A DNA stretch of 64,000 nt from Actinomycetota bacterium. Lineage in GTDB: Bacteria > Actinomycetota > Rubrobacteria > Rubrobacterales > Rubrobacteraceae. The translations under genes and the position numbers were made by a program. The DNA is taken from NCBI GenBank assembly GCA_046734875.1, contig JBKPSF010000035.1:7907-71906 (forward strand), given 5' to 3'. The notes below the pieces were generated by a model. That model was not told the origin of the DNA and did not search any database. It saw nothing but the letters and a program-made list of their open reading frames with translations. Shown in pieces: positions 49,701 through 58,507 of this stretch. Every line of letters begins with the position of its first letter. Within the stretch, counting starts at the first letter, position 1.

Positions 49701-50024
49701 ATCCTCGGCCTGGCCGGGATCAACACGCTCAACGGTGGCGGGGGTAACGACCTGCTCTGCGGGGGCAACAGCAGGGATACGCTCAACGGCGGCACGGGCG
49801 ACGACACCCTCGACGGCGCCAACGGCGATGACATGCTCAAGGGCGAAGACGGCAACGACACCCTCCGTGGCGGGCAAGGCAACGACCGTCTCGAAGGCGG
49901 CAACGACAACGACACGCTCACCGGCGGCCCTGGCGTCGACCGCTTCAGCGGCGGCCCCGGCACCGATTCCGCCACCGACTTCAACGCCACCGAGGGCGAC
50001 ACGAAGGACACGACCATCCCCTAG
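46731..50024 (+). CDS. Secreted M4 (thermolysin-like) metalloprotease with Ig-like domains and RTX-like Ca-binding repeats
   Basis: Signal and propeptide, HELTH, GAINESFSD, GVHFNSG, cadherin-like TTDEDT...VNDPP, GGxGxD repeats. Confidence 0.92.
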   Translation: MMNRLMRYLRWIIHETRELYGHRELLLLAVLASVALLSGSAYAQENQRSAPAGSQAPSENARLIDELEGAGAKVEKHPETGEVSFIGTSRGRAIGRPDRLAADAPAESAARAHLAKYGKLFGIKDETQELRTEKAKKAGKDRSVVRFQQIYNDVPVLGGELNVNLDGSNNLLVANGEVLPDLSLDVDPGVDAQKAQGTALEKIAKDRKLNAGDLQATEPELWIYDPTLLGGPGPRVPSLVWRMDVTPKEGVVYFRELVLVDAKSGSVALNFDQVDSALDRETYTANNGSTLPGTLVCNESAPCNSTDTDAVAAHQFAGETYDFYFNNHGRDSLDGAGLRLTSTVDFCPTTPPNPPACPYQNANWNGQQMIYGDGFAAADDVVGHELTHGVTQFESGLFYYYQSGAINESFSDIWGEFVDLSNSAGTDTAATRWQIGEDIPGTGTLRDMEDPPNFNQPDRMTSALYFGEVDNVAPIDGNGDDSGGVHFNSGVNNKAAYLLTDGGAFNGKTVTGLGMNKVARIYYEAQTNLLTSASDYQDLHALLQQACTNLTGTGVTTAADCQEVKDAVDATEMNLQPTNVPVPEARVCDTSKGRVTTLFSDDMENTSSNNWTFQSGDWSYDNDYATSGENHLYGRDQATKTDTSATKATSVRIPANSTAYLRFRHAYGFEDGNTASTNRDGGVLEYSTDNGSTWQDSGTLGIDNGYNGTIASGTDNPLAGRQGFVADSHGYISSRVNLSSLAVGNDADVRFRFRIGTNGSVGDSGWYVDDVSVYTCANTAPVAREDSYTTDEDTPLNQAAPGVLSNDTDPDGDDLTVALVDNVAHGNITLKPDGSFSYVPDKDYFGADSFTYKANDGSADSGVTKVAITVNPVNDPPTVKVATGGTCGQNNERFATINLTVEDVDNPATSLKLSASSSNTKLVRNQDVIFSGTGATRTMKVTALDKRSGTANITVTVSDGAASNTTPLIIPVKVGTPQSDLINGTDEADIILGLAGINTLNGGGGNDLLCGGNSRDTLNGGTGDDTLDGANGDDMLKGEDGNDTLRGGQGNDRLEGGNDNDTLTGGPGVDRFSGGPGTDSATDFNATEGDTKDTTIP

Positions 50025-50187
50025 AGGGAGATTGGAGGAAACAGCCTTCAGCCGTTCTTGCTGACCGCTGATAGCGCGTCGCGCGCGAGGCTCTGAGCCT
50101 CGCACGCGACGCATTCACTTGCGCTCTGTGCGGTTTTGGGCTATCAATCCGTCATCCGCCCTGGCGGGAAGAGGAGAGACCGACGGG

Positions 50188-53100
50188 ATGACGGGCGCAA
50201 AACAAGAAGTCGCCGAAGGACACCGTGGCCAGAGATCTGGAGAGGCGCGAGTCCGGCAGTCCGAAGTGGTGCGCGTGCGCATGTTCGGCGGCTTTCTGGT
50301 GACGGTGGGGTCTCGAAGCATCGGGGACGAGGAGTGGCGTCTGAAGAAAGCGGCGAGCCTGGTCAAGTTGCTCGCGCTGTCCGAGGGGCACCGGCTGGAC
50401 CGCGAGCAGGCCATGGAGCTATTGTGGCCGGACCTCTACCCTGAGGCCGCCCTTCGCAACCTCTACTACGCCCTCCACGTCGCCCGCCGCACCCTGGAGC
50501 CTACTGCCCCGGCTAGCGGTGCTTCCCGCTACCTCCATCTTGGTGACGGGCGGCTCGCCCTGTGCCCCGATTCTGCACTGTGGGTGGATGTCGAGTCCTT
50601 CGAGGATGCGGCGGCCATGGCACGACAAGCCAAGGAGCCCCAGGCCTTCCGAGCCGCGATCGACCTCTACGCCGGCGAGCTCGTGCCCCGGGATCGCTAC
50701 GAACCCTGGGCGGAGGAACGGCGCGCGCAACTCAGGGACCTGTACCTCTCGCTGCTCACTGAGCTGGCTGCGCTCCACGAAGAGCGGGGGGAGTACGCGG
50801 CGGCCGTCGAGTCGCTGCGGCGGGTGGTGGCCGAGGAGCGGACGGAAGAAGGGGCGCACGTGGGGCTCATGCGCCTCTACGCGCTCTCGGGCAGGAGGAG
50901 GGAAGCCCTTGGCCAGTACGAGCGGCTCAGGGACGCCCTCCTCGGGCAGCTCGGCACGGAGCCAGGGACGGACGCCACGCTACTGCGGCAGGAGATACGG
51001 GCCGGCGCCTTCCCGCGGCCCGATTCGCCGCCTGAAGAAGCGGCTCGTCCGCCCTCCGGAGTCGCCAGGCACAACCTCCCTCTTGCGCGCACCAGCTTCG
51101 TCGGGCGCGGGCGCGAGAGGCTGGAGGTCGAGCGCCTTTTAGCGATGACCGGTCTCCTCACCCTCACGGGAGCCGGCGGTTCGGGCAAGACACGCCTCGC
51201 CCTGGAGGTAGCGGGGGACCTTGTCGGAGCCTACCCCGAAGGCGTGTGGCTGGTGGAGCTCGCCCCGCTCTCGGAAGCAGCCCTGGTCCCGAAGGCTGTG
51301 GCCGAGGCCCTCGGGGTTCCCGAGCGGGCCGCTGAGCCCCTCGGCGACACGCTCGCCGAGGTCTTGCGGGACAGACACCTGCTCCTGATCCTGGACAACT
51401 GCGAGCACGTCCTGGAATCTACCGCGCGCCTTGCCGATTCGCTGCTCGACTCGTGCCCGCGCTTGCGTATCCTGGCCACCAGCCGCGAAGCACTGGGGTC
51501 GAAAGGAGAGCTCAGGTGGCCCGTGCCGCCGCTTTCGATGCCCGAACTTCAGGGCGATTCCTCGCCGGAGGTTTCCGGGTCCCTCGAAGGGCTGGAAGCC
51601 TACGAGTCGGTGCGCCTCTTCATCGAGCGGGCCAGGGGACGGGACCCGACCTTCTCGTTGGGTCAGAAGAACGCCCCCGCGGTGGCCGACATCTGCAGTG
51701 TGCTGGAGGGCATCCCGCTGGCCATAGAGCTTGCGGCGGCCAGGGTTGGTGTCCTGTCCGCCGGCCAGATCTCGGAGAGGCTCGCCGACTCCTTGGGGCT
51801 CTTGAAAGACCGCACCAGGACGCAAACGCCCAGGCAGCAAACGCTTAAAGGGGCGTTGGACTGGAGCTACGAGTTGCTCTCCGAGGTCGAGAAGTCGCTC
51901 TTCGGGCGTCTTTCGGTCTTCGCAGGGGGATGGACCCTTGGGGCCGCCGGGGCGGTGAGTGGGGGAGGGGACGCAGGGCAAGCTGCCGTTTTGGACTTGC
52001 TCTCCGACCTGGCGGAGAAGTCGCTGGTGGTAGCCGAAGCCATGGAAGTGGACGACACGGTGCGTTACCGTCTGCTCGAGCCCATCAGGCAGTACGCCAG
52101 GGAGAAGCTGGGGGAGGGGTGCGAAGGTGAGACTGTCCTGCGCCGCCACGCCGAATTCTTCCTTGCGCTGGCCGAAGAATCCAGGCCCAAGTTGCGCGGC
52201 CCGGAGGTCGGTGAGTGGTCCCGGCGCCTCGAAAGGGAGCACGACAACATGAGGGCGGCGCTCTCCTTCGCGCTGGAGAGCGAAGAGGCGGAGCTCGCCT
52301 TGCGGCTGGCAGGAGCCCTCGGGACCTTCTGGTACATGCACAGCCACTCCGACGAGGGAAGGAAGTGGCTGGAAGCTGCGCTGGCCAGGGACAACGGAGT
52401 GCCTGCGGCCTTACGGTTAAGGGCCCTGGAGGCGCTGTACTGGATGGCCTTCGACCAGTGGGATCACGACCGGGCGGAGGCGGTGGCCAGGGAGGCCAAC
52501 GAGCTTGGCGCGGGAGTAGAGATCGAGCGCAGCCTCGCCGCCTCCTTGCGGGTCATGTCCGCGGGGCCATCGTGGGTGCGCGGAGATTACGAAAGGGGAC
52601 AGGCGCTGCTCGAGGAAGGCCTCCGGATAGGCCGCGAGGCCGGCGACAGTGTCATCGTCGCGGAAGCGCTCATGCAGCTCGCCGGCACGGCGTGGGGGAT
52701 GGGCGACATCGAGCGGGGCAACGGGCTCTACCAGGAGGGCATCGACCTTTGCAGGGAGGCCGGCTACACTTTCCGCCTCCCCGATTTCTTGCTCAGCCTG
52801 GGCTACCAGCTGATCCTCGAGGGAGACTTCGAGCTGGGAGCGGCCCTGAACGAGGAGGCAGCCGTTGTCAGCCGGGGGCACGGCTACAGGAGGGGCTTGA
52901 ACCTGGCCCTGGACAACCAGGGCTGGGCGGCTCTGCTGCAGGGAGATCCCGACCGGGCCAGACCCTTCTACGAAGAGAGCCTCGTGGTGTGCGAAGCGCT
53001 TGGCGACACGGCCTGCGCCTCAGAGAGTCTCGACGGCCTTGCCTGCGTAGCCGCGGCCCGGGGAGAGGCCGCGAGGTCGGGCCGCCTCTTCGGTGCTGCC

Positions 53101-53532
53101 GAAGCGATGCGCGAGACGCTGAGCGAAGCGGTCGCCTTCGGGCACACGCCCGAAGAGGCTGCCTGGCGCGAACCCCACCGTGCCAGCACCCGCTCGCGGC
53201 TGGGAGAGGGAGGGTGGGAGGAGGCGTTGGCCGAGGGACGTACCATGGGGTTGAAAGAAGCGATCGAATACGCCCTCTCCGAAGAAGAGGAATACGAGCC
53301 TCCCGCGCTCGCCGTCGCAACCGGGCAGGAGCCGCCGGCACCGCTCGGAGGACGGACGCAAGCGCTAACCGCCCGCGAGCAGGAGGTAGCCCTCCTGGCC
53401 GCCCGGGGCCTGACCAACCCCCAGATCGCCGAAGAACTCTCCATCTCCGAGCACACCGCGGCCAACCACGTGCGCCGCATCCTCAAGAAGCTTGGGGTGC
53501 GCTCCAGAACCCAGATCCTCTTCCCCGGCTAG
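50188..53532 (+). CDS. SARP(wHTH+BTAD)-NB-ARC-TPR-LuxR transcriptional regulator 2
   Basis: Paralog of 39793: GAGGSGKT, LDNCEH, GIPLAIELAA, LTAREQEVA...ISEHTAANHVR. Confidence 0.93.
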   Translation: MTGAKQEVAEGHRGQRSGEARVRQSEVVRVRMFGGFLVTVGSRSIGDEEWRLKKAASLVKLLALSEGHRLDREQAMELLWPDLYPEAALRNLYYALHVARRTLEPTAPASGASRYLHLGDGRLALCPDSALWVDVESFEDAAAMARQAKEPQAFRAAIDLYAGELVPRDRYEPWAEERRAQLRDLYLSLLTELAALHEERGEYAAAVESLRRVVAEERTEEGAHVGLMRLYALSGRRREALGQYERLRDALLGQLGTEPGTDATLLRQEIRAGAFPRPDSPPEEAARPPSGVARHNLPLARTSFVGRGRERLEVERLLAMTGLLTLTGAGGSGKTRLALEVAGDLVGAYPEGVWLVELAPLSEAALVPKAVAEALGVPERAAEPLGDTLAEVLRDRHLLLILDNCEHVLESTARLADSLLDSCPRLRILATSREALGSKGELRWPVPPLSMPELQGDSSPEVSGSLEGLEAYESVRLFIERARGRDPTFSLGQKNAPAVADICSVLEGIPLAIELAAARVGVLSAGQISERLADSLGLLKDRTRTQTPRQQTLKGALDWSYELLSEVEKSLFGRLSVFAGGWTLGAAGAVSGGGDAGQAAVLDLLSDLAEKSLVVAEAMEVDDTVRYRLLEPIRQYAREKLGEGCEGETVLRRHAEFFLALAEESRPKLRGPEVGEWSRRLEREHDNMRAALSFALESEEAELALRLAGALGTFWYMHSHSDEGRKWLEAALARDNGVPAALRLRALEALYWMAFDQWDHDRAEAVAREANELGAGVEIERSLAASLRVMSAGPSWVRGDYERGQALLEEGLRIGREAGDSVIVAEALMQLAGTAWGMGDIERGNGLYQEGIDLCREAGYTFRLPDFLLSLGYQLILEGDFELGAALNEEAAVVSRGHGYRRGLNLALDNQGWAALLQGDPDRARPFYEESLVVCEALGDTACASESLDGLACVAAARGEAARSGRLFGAAEAMRETLSEAVAFGHTPEEAAWREPHRASTRSRLGEGGWEEALAEGRTMGLKEAIEYALSEEEEYEPPALAVATGQEPPAPLGGRTQALTAREQEVALLAARGLTNPQIAEELSISEHTAANHVRRILKKLGVRSRTQILFPG

Positions 53533-53651
53533 ACCGCTCCGGCCAGACCGTGCTACGGCCGGCGCGGTCAACAAGAGGGGCGCCAGTGGACAGGGACGAT
53601 CGGATACACTTGCGTGCGGCGGCGCGACGGCCAACTACGGGGAGGATGAGC

Positions 53652-54317
53652 ATGAGGTTGGCGATCTTCGGACCTACGGGCGGCACAGGGCGGCGTCTCG
53701 TGGAGCGGGCAATAGCGGAAGGACACGACGTTACCGCCTTCGTCAGAAACCCCTCCAAATTGACCGCCCGCCACGACCGGCTCCGCGTCTTCGCGGGAGA
53801 CGCCTTCGATCCATCTGCGGTGCGGGAGGCGGTGGCAGGCAACGAGGCCGTGATCTGCGTTCTCGGCTCCCGGACCCCAAGCAACCCGCTCCACCCGCGC
53901 AGGCCTGGCGACCCGAACGGGGTAACTTCGGCCGGCACGGAGAACATCATCGCCGCGATGAAGGAGCACGGCCTGCGACGCCTCGTGTGCCAGACGGCGT
54001 GGGGGGTGGGGGAGAGCAGGCAGAATCCGGGCCCGGCCGGGGCCTTCTTCATGAACGTGCTGGTGCCGCCCCTGCTCAGGGACGAGTACGCGGACAAGGA
54101 AGCCCAGGAGAAGCTTGTATTCGAGAGCGAGCTCGAGTGGATCGTCGTGCGGCCTATGTTACTGACCAACGGGTCCTGGACCAACGACTACCGCGCGGAC
54201 GTAGACCTCAAACCCGGAAGGCGCCCTTACATCTCGCGGGCCGACGTCGCCGACTTCCTGATGCGGCAGTTGTCTGACGACACCTTCGTGCGAAAGACGC
54301 CGGCCATAGGCTATTGA
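53652..54317 (+). CDS. NAD(P)-dependent oxidoreductase (biliverdin reductase B/flavin reductase-like)
   Basis: IFGPTGGTG, WIVVRP, ISRADVA; GGAGG RBS. Confidence 0.88.
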   Translation: MRLAIFGPTGGTGRRLVERAIAEGHDVTAFVRNPSKLTARHDRLRVFAGDAFDPSAVREAVAGNEAVICVLGSRTPSNPLHPRRPGDPNGVTSAGTENIIAAMKEHGLRRLVCQTAWGVGESRQNPGPAGAFFMNVLVPPLLRDEYADKEAQEKLVFESELEWIVVRPMLLTNGSWTNDYRADVDLKPGRRPYISRADVADFLMRQLSDDTFVRKTPAIGY

Positions 54318-54390
54318 GCCGATCGCTTTCGGCCCCCGGGCACAGGGACGACGGTTACCCTACGTCCGCAGCTCGGATGGGGATCGAGGC

Positions 54391-55119
54391 TTACCGGGCG
54401 GGCCTTAGCCGCTTTTCGTGGAGCTCTTGGTAGTACGGGAGGCAGCGGTCGTAGACGCTTTCGAGGCCCGCTGGTACATCGGTGTCGTCTTCGAGAGGCT
54501 GGCTCTTGATGCCTGTGCTCTCCTGCGCCTCTTCGTGCCATTCCGTCCACATCTCCCAGTCGGGCACGGGGCCTGGTTGCCAGGAGAGGGCTTCGGCTAC
54601 GAACGGCACGTCGATCTTCTCGCAGTAGGCCTTGATGGTGCCCTCGGGATCTCTTATCAGGTCGGCGGCGTCAACCACCGCGGGCTCCTCCCCGTTTTCT
54701 ACGGCGAGCCCGAACAGCCTGTGCTGTTGCTCGTAGCCGGTCTCCTCAGGGGCGAAGTCCGGCCAGAACCTGCTGAGCGAGGAGATAACAGGCGCGGGGT
54801 CCCTGATGATGAACGTGTTGGTGAACCGCGAGACGAACTCCCTGCTCATTATGCCGGCGATGTGGTAGGCCATGTCTTTGAAATAAACGGCCCTATCCTC
54901 GACGCTTAGCATCAGGGCCAGGATCTCCGCGTACTCGTACTCCTGCTTCGCCTCCGTTTCGGCGAACCTGTCGCTGCGGCGATCCGGCGAGTAGTAGTAG
55001 GAGACCGAGAAGGGCTCGTGAAACACCTTGAAGTCTCCCCGCTCGACGAACACCCGCTCCAGGGCCGTCGAGATGGACCTGGGCACCGCCCAGAGGGCGA
55101 CGGGCTTGCTGTGCGGCAA
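54391..55119 (-). CDS. Sulfotransferase-like P-loop protein
   Basis: LWAVPRSISTA, HEPF, FKDM, FIIRDP. Confidence 0.8.
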   Translation of the reverse strand: MPHSKPVALWAVPRSISTALERVFVERGDFKVFHEPFSVSYYYSPDRRSDRFAETEAKQEYEYAEILALMLSVEDRAVYFKDMAYHIAGIMSREFVSRFTNTFIIRDPAPVISSLSRFWPDFAPEETGYEQQHRLFGLAVENGEEPAVVDAADLIRDPEGTIKAYCEKIDVPFVAEALSWQPGPVPDWEMWTEWHEEAQESTGIKSQPLEDDTDVPAGLESVYDRCLPYYQELHEKRLRPAR

Positions 55120-55180
55120 AGCGCTCCCTTCCTCCTATACAATCGGTTGCTGTCGATACTACTACAGCGGGAAGGCGGGG

Positions 55181-56377
55181 ATGAAGGCGGCGTTCAGAGG
55201 CAAGAGCGACCGGTATAGGGAGAAGATCCTGTCCCTGCGGCGCCACCTGCACCAGTTCCCCGAGCTGAGCGGGGAGGAACACGACACCTCAGAGACAGTG
55301 CAGGAGAAGCTTGACGAGCAGGGCATCCCCCTCACCGCGGGCTACGCCGGGACCGGGGTGCTCGGCGTGATCGAGGGGGGCAGAACCGGCAAGACCGTGG
55401 CCCTCAGGGCGGACATGGACGCCTTGCCTATTCAAGAGGAGAACGATCACGCCTTCGTCTCGCGGGTTGACGGGGTGATGCACGCCTGCGGGCACGACGC
55501 ACACACGGCCATGCTCGTCGGTGCCGGGTGGTTGCTGCAGGACGCGAAAGGCGAGCTGCCAGGCCGCGTGTTGCTCGTGTTCCAACCGGCCGAGGAGGCC
55601 TCGCCAACGGGTGGGGCGCGGCAGATGATGGAGGACGGCGTGTTCGGCGAGCATCGCCCCGACGCCGTCTTCGCCCAGCACGTGTCGCCAGAGCTGAACG
55701 TGGGACAGATCGGCGTGCGGCAGGGTGCGATCACGGGCGCCTCCGACCGCTTCAAGGTGACCATAGATGGCGCGGGCGGCCACGCCAGCAAACCCCACCA
55801 GACCATCGACGCCATAGTCGTGGCCAACCAGGTCATCAACAGCCTCCAGACGGTCGTGAGCAGGGATGTGGACCCTTTGCGCTCCGCGGTGCTGACGGTG
55901 GGCAAGATCCGGGGCGGAACCCGCTACAACGCCATAGCCCAGAGGGCGACCCTGGAAGGCACCATCCGCACGTTCTCCCCGGACACCAAAGAGAGGGTCA
56001 AAGAACGCTTCCACGCCATCGTAAACGGCGTCGCCGGGTCGATGGAAGCCTCGGCCCGCATCCACTACCTTGACGGCTACCCGGCAACCGTGAACACCCC
56101 CGAATGGGCTGACCGCGTCCGCAAGACGGCACAGAGTTTGCTCGGAGAAGATGCGACACCCGAGATAGAGGCCTCCATGGGCGGCGAAGATTTCGGACGC
56201 TTCCTGCTGAAATACCCCGGTGCCTACTTCAGGCTGGGGACGGCCTTTCCGAATGCTTCGGAGAAGAGGCGCCTCCACGACTCGCGCTTCGATATCGACG
56301 AGGCGGCGCTCGGCCTGGGAACGGAACTCTTCGCCCAACTGGCCGCCGACGCCCTCTACCAACTAGAGGATCGGTAG
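55181..56377 (+). CDS. M20D amidohydrolase
   Basis: RRHLHQFPELS, LRADMDALP, MHACGHDAH, FQPAEE, MGGEDF. Confidence 0.92.
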   Translation: MKAAFRGKSDRYREKILSLRRHLHQFPELSGEEHDTSETVQEKLDEQGIPLTAGYAGTGVLGVIEGGRTGKTVALRADMDALPIQEENDHAFVSRVDGVMHACGHDAHTAMLVGAGWLLQDAKGELPGRVLLVFQPAEEASPTGGARQMMEDGVFGEHRPDAVFAQHVSPELNVGQIGVRQGAITGASDRFKVTIDGAGGHASKPHQTIDAIVVANQVINSLQTVVSRDVDPLRSAVLTVGKIRGGTRYNAIAQRATLEGTIRTFSPDTKERVKERFHAIVNGVAGSMEASARIHYLDGYPATVNTPEWADRVRKTAQSLLGEDATPEIEASMGGEDFGRFLLKYPGAYFRLGTAFPNASEKRRLHDSRFDIDEAALGLGTELFAQLAADALYQLEDR

Positions 56378-56391
56378 AGAGGCGGCTATCA

Positions 56392-57126
56392 ATGACGGAG
56401 CGGCTCTACCACGACATCGCCGACTGGTGGCCGGTCATCTCGCCGCCCGAAGAGTACGCCGAGGAGGCGGCACTCTACGTGGATATGATCCGTACCTCGG
56501 CCCATCGCCAGGTGCGAGAGGTGCTGGAGCTGGGTAGCGGGGGCGGAAACAACGCCTCGTACATGAAGCGCTCTTTCTCCATGACCCTCGTCGAGCCTTC
56601 GGACGGCATGCGCGAGAACAGCCGCCGCCTCAACCCCGAGTGCGAACACCTTGCTGGCGACATGCGCAGCGTACGCCTGGGACGCACCTTCGACGCCGTC
56701 TTCGTCCACGACGCCGTCATGTACATGACCACCGAAGACGACCTGCGCGCGACGCTCGAAGCCGTGGCCGTCCACCTCTCGCCCGGCGGCGTGGCGCTCG
56801 TCGCGCCGGACGCGACCATGGAGTCGTTCACCGAGGCGACCGAACACGGTGGCGGTGAGAACGCGAGCGGGCGTCGGGCACGATACCTGGAGTGGACGCT
56901 ACCGCCGGAGCCCGGCCAAACGACCTACACCGTGCACTACGCGTTCCTGCTTCGTGAACCCGACGGAAGCGTGCGCGTCGTCCACGACGTCCACCGCGAG
57001 GGCCTGTTTCCGCGCGCGACGTGGCTAAAACTCTTCGAGGAGGTCGAGCTCGATGCCGCTCTCGCGCCCAGGACCATCGAGGGCATAGAGTACGACACGT
57101 TCGTAGCGGTGCGCGCCACTACGTAG
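56392..57126 (+). CDS. Class I SAM-dependent methyltransferase
   Basis: VLELGSGGG, GDMR, FDAVFVHDA. Confidence 0.88.
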   Translation: MTERLYHDIADWWPVISPPEEYAEEAALYVDMIRTSAHRQVREVLELGSGGGNNASYMKRSFSMTLVEPSDGMRENSRRLNPECEHLAGDMRSVRLGRTFDAVFVHDAVMYMTTEDDLRATLEAVAVHLSPGGVALVAPDATMESFTEATEHGGGENASGRRARYLEWTLPPEPGQTTYTVHYAFLLREPDGSVRVVHDVHREGLFPRATWLKLFEEVELDAALAPRTIEGIEYDTFVAVRATT

Positions 57127-57419
57127 GCCGGTAAGATGGCTCGGCGGCGTAATGGCTGATCAGCAAGAACGCCTCGCATACCGCTCAACAAACGAACCCC
57201 GTTGTGCTACGTTAGCCGCAAAAGCTTAGACCCCTGAAAGCGGAGGCTGAACTCGGCCTCGAATCCGAGTTGGCGGAGCCCCGCCGCGGACCAGCACTTC
57301 AGCATTTCAGCGCTTCAGCCTGCGCAAAAGATAGTCAGCCGGCTAACCATCTCGGTATAGTGGCGGCCGGGTCCGCGGGTGCCGGAGGGAGGCGCCAGGA
57401 CGCTCTTGCTGAAATGCAA

Positions 57420-58376
57420 TCAGGCGCGGAGCGCTTGATGCACTAGCCTGCGCGTCTCTTCGGCGCAGCCCCAGGAGAGGGTGATGCCGGAGCCGCCGTG
57501 GCCGTAGTTGTGGACGAGGGGGACACCGTCCAGTTCTTCGCGTTCCAGGCGTATCGCCGGACGGCCGGGTCTGAGGCCGACCTTGTGTTCTAGTATTTCG
57601 GCGTTTTCCAGTTGCGGCTCTAGCTGTACGCAGCGGTGGAGGATGCCTTTTGCGGTTTCGGGGTCCGGTTCGAGGTTCCACTCGTTCTCTTCTGCGGTTC
57701 CGCCGAGAATGCAGTCGCGGGAGCGGGGGACTATGTAGGTGACGCCTTCGGGGTTCTCTTCGTCGAGGACGAAGCGCTTCAGGCCGGGGTTACGGACTCG
57801 TAGGATCTGGCCCCTTATCGGCAGCATGGAGGCGTCGCCCACGAGGTCGCGCGCCCCGAGGCCGACGCAGTTGACGACCACGCCGGCCTCTCCGGCGACC
57901 TCGTCGAGTGAAGAGAGGGTGCGCCGCTCGATGCTTCCCCCAGAAGCGGCGAAGCGGTCCATCAGGTACGAGAGGTAGACCGGCATCTCCACTATCGGGG
58001 CGACGAAGGCGTGGCCGTCGCGGTAGCCCTGCGGCAGTTCGTCTTCGCGGAGGCGACGGACGTTGGGGACGGCGTCCGCCCACCAGGGATCGGGTGCCGG
58101 ATGGTGCCAGATCTCCACGCCCTCGCGCATCAGCACGCCGCTCTCAGGAAAGTCGGATAGCCGCTCGAAGACCTCGTAGGTCTCCTTACCCCAGGAGAGC
58201 ACGCGGTCTTCCGGGTAGGCCTTGTAGGGATACCAGATCGCCGCCGCCACACCGGAGGTCGTGGCCTCGGGCAACTCGGCCGTCACGACCCTGGCGTCAA
58301 AGCCAGCTTCCCGCAAAGCGATGGCGGCCGTCAGCCCGATCACCCCGCACCCCACAACAATCACGTCAGCACGCAC
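57420..58376 (-). CDS. dao: D-amino acid oxidase
   Basis: VVGCGVIG FAD motif, PIRGQ, TYIVPR, VGLRPGR, HNYGHGGSG. Confidence 0.9.
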   Translation of the reverse strand: MRADVIVVGCGVIGLTAAIALREAGFDARVVTAELPEATTSGVAAAIWYPYKAYPEDRVLSWGKETYEVFERLSDFPESGVLMREGVEIWHHPAPDPWWADAVPNVRRLREDELPQGYRDGHAFVAPIVEMPVYLSYLMDRFAASGGSIERRTLSSLDEVAGEAGVVVNCVGLGARDLVGDASMLPIRGQILRVRNPGLKRFVLDEENPEGVTYIVPRSRDCILGGTAEENEWNLEPDPETAKGILHRCVQLEPQLENAEILEHKVGLRPGRPAIRLEREELDGVPLVHNYGHGGSGITLSWGCAEETRRLVHQALRA

Positions 58377-58507
58377 CACAGCTCCTTCCTCATCAGACAC
58401 ACTATAGCCGGTAGCGGAAGGATCGACGTGTCTGCATTCCGCGCAGTTCAGCAAGGCAGCTTCCCGGTGCCTGATATGCTGAAATGCTAAGATTGATCGG
58501 AGGGCAG

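Noticed and set aside
49730-49965. Tandem GGC/AAC/GAC repeats as a CRISPR or VNTR
   Set aside because: These encode GGxGxD nonapeptides; no spacer structure or cas genes.
46803-50114. 1103-aa antisense ORF
   Set aside because: Shadow of the M4 protease caused by GC3 codon bias; no motifs.
52215-53651. Apparent 700-aa ORF ending in the oxidoreductase
   Set aside because: The N-terminal part is an alternate frame of regulator 2; the real start is 53652 after GGAGG.
57327-57347. AAAGATAGTCAGCC as a fifth promoter module
   Set aside because: Only the left half matches; no direct repeats or spaced -10; lies between convergent genes.
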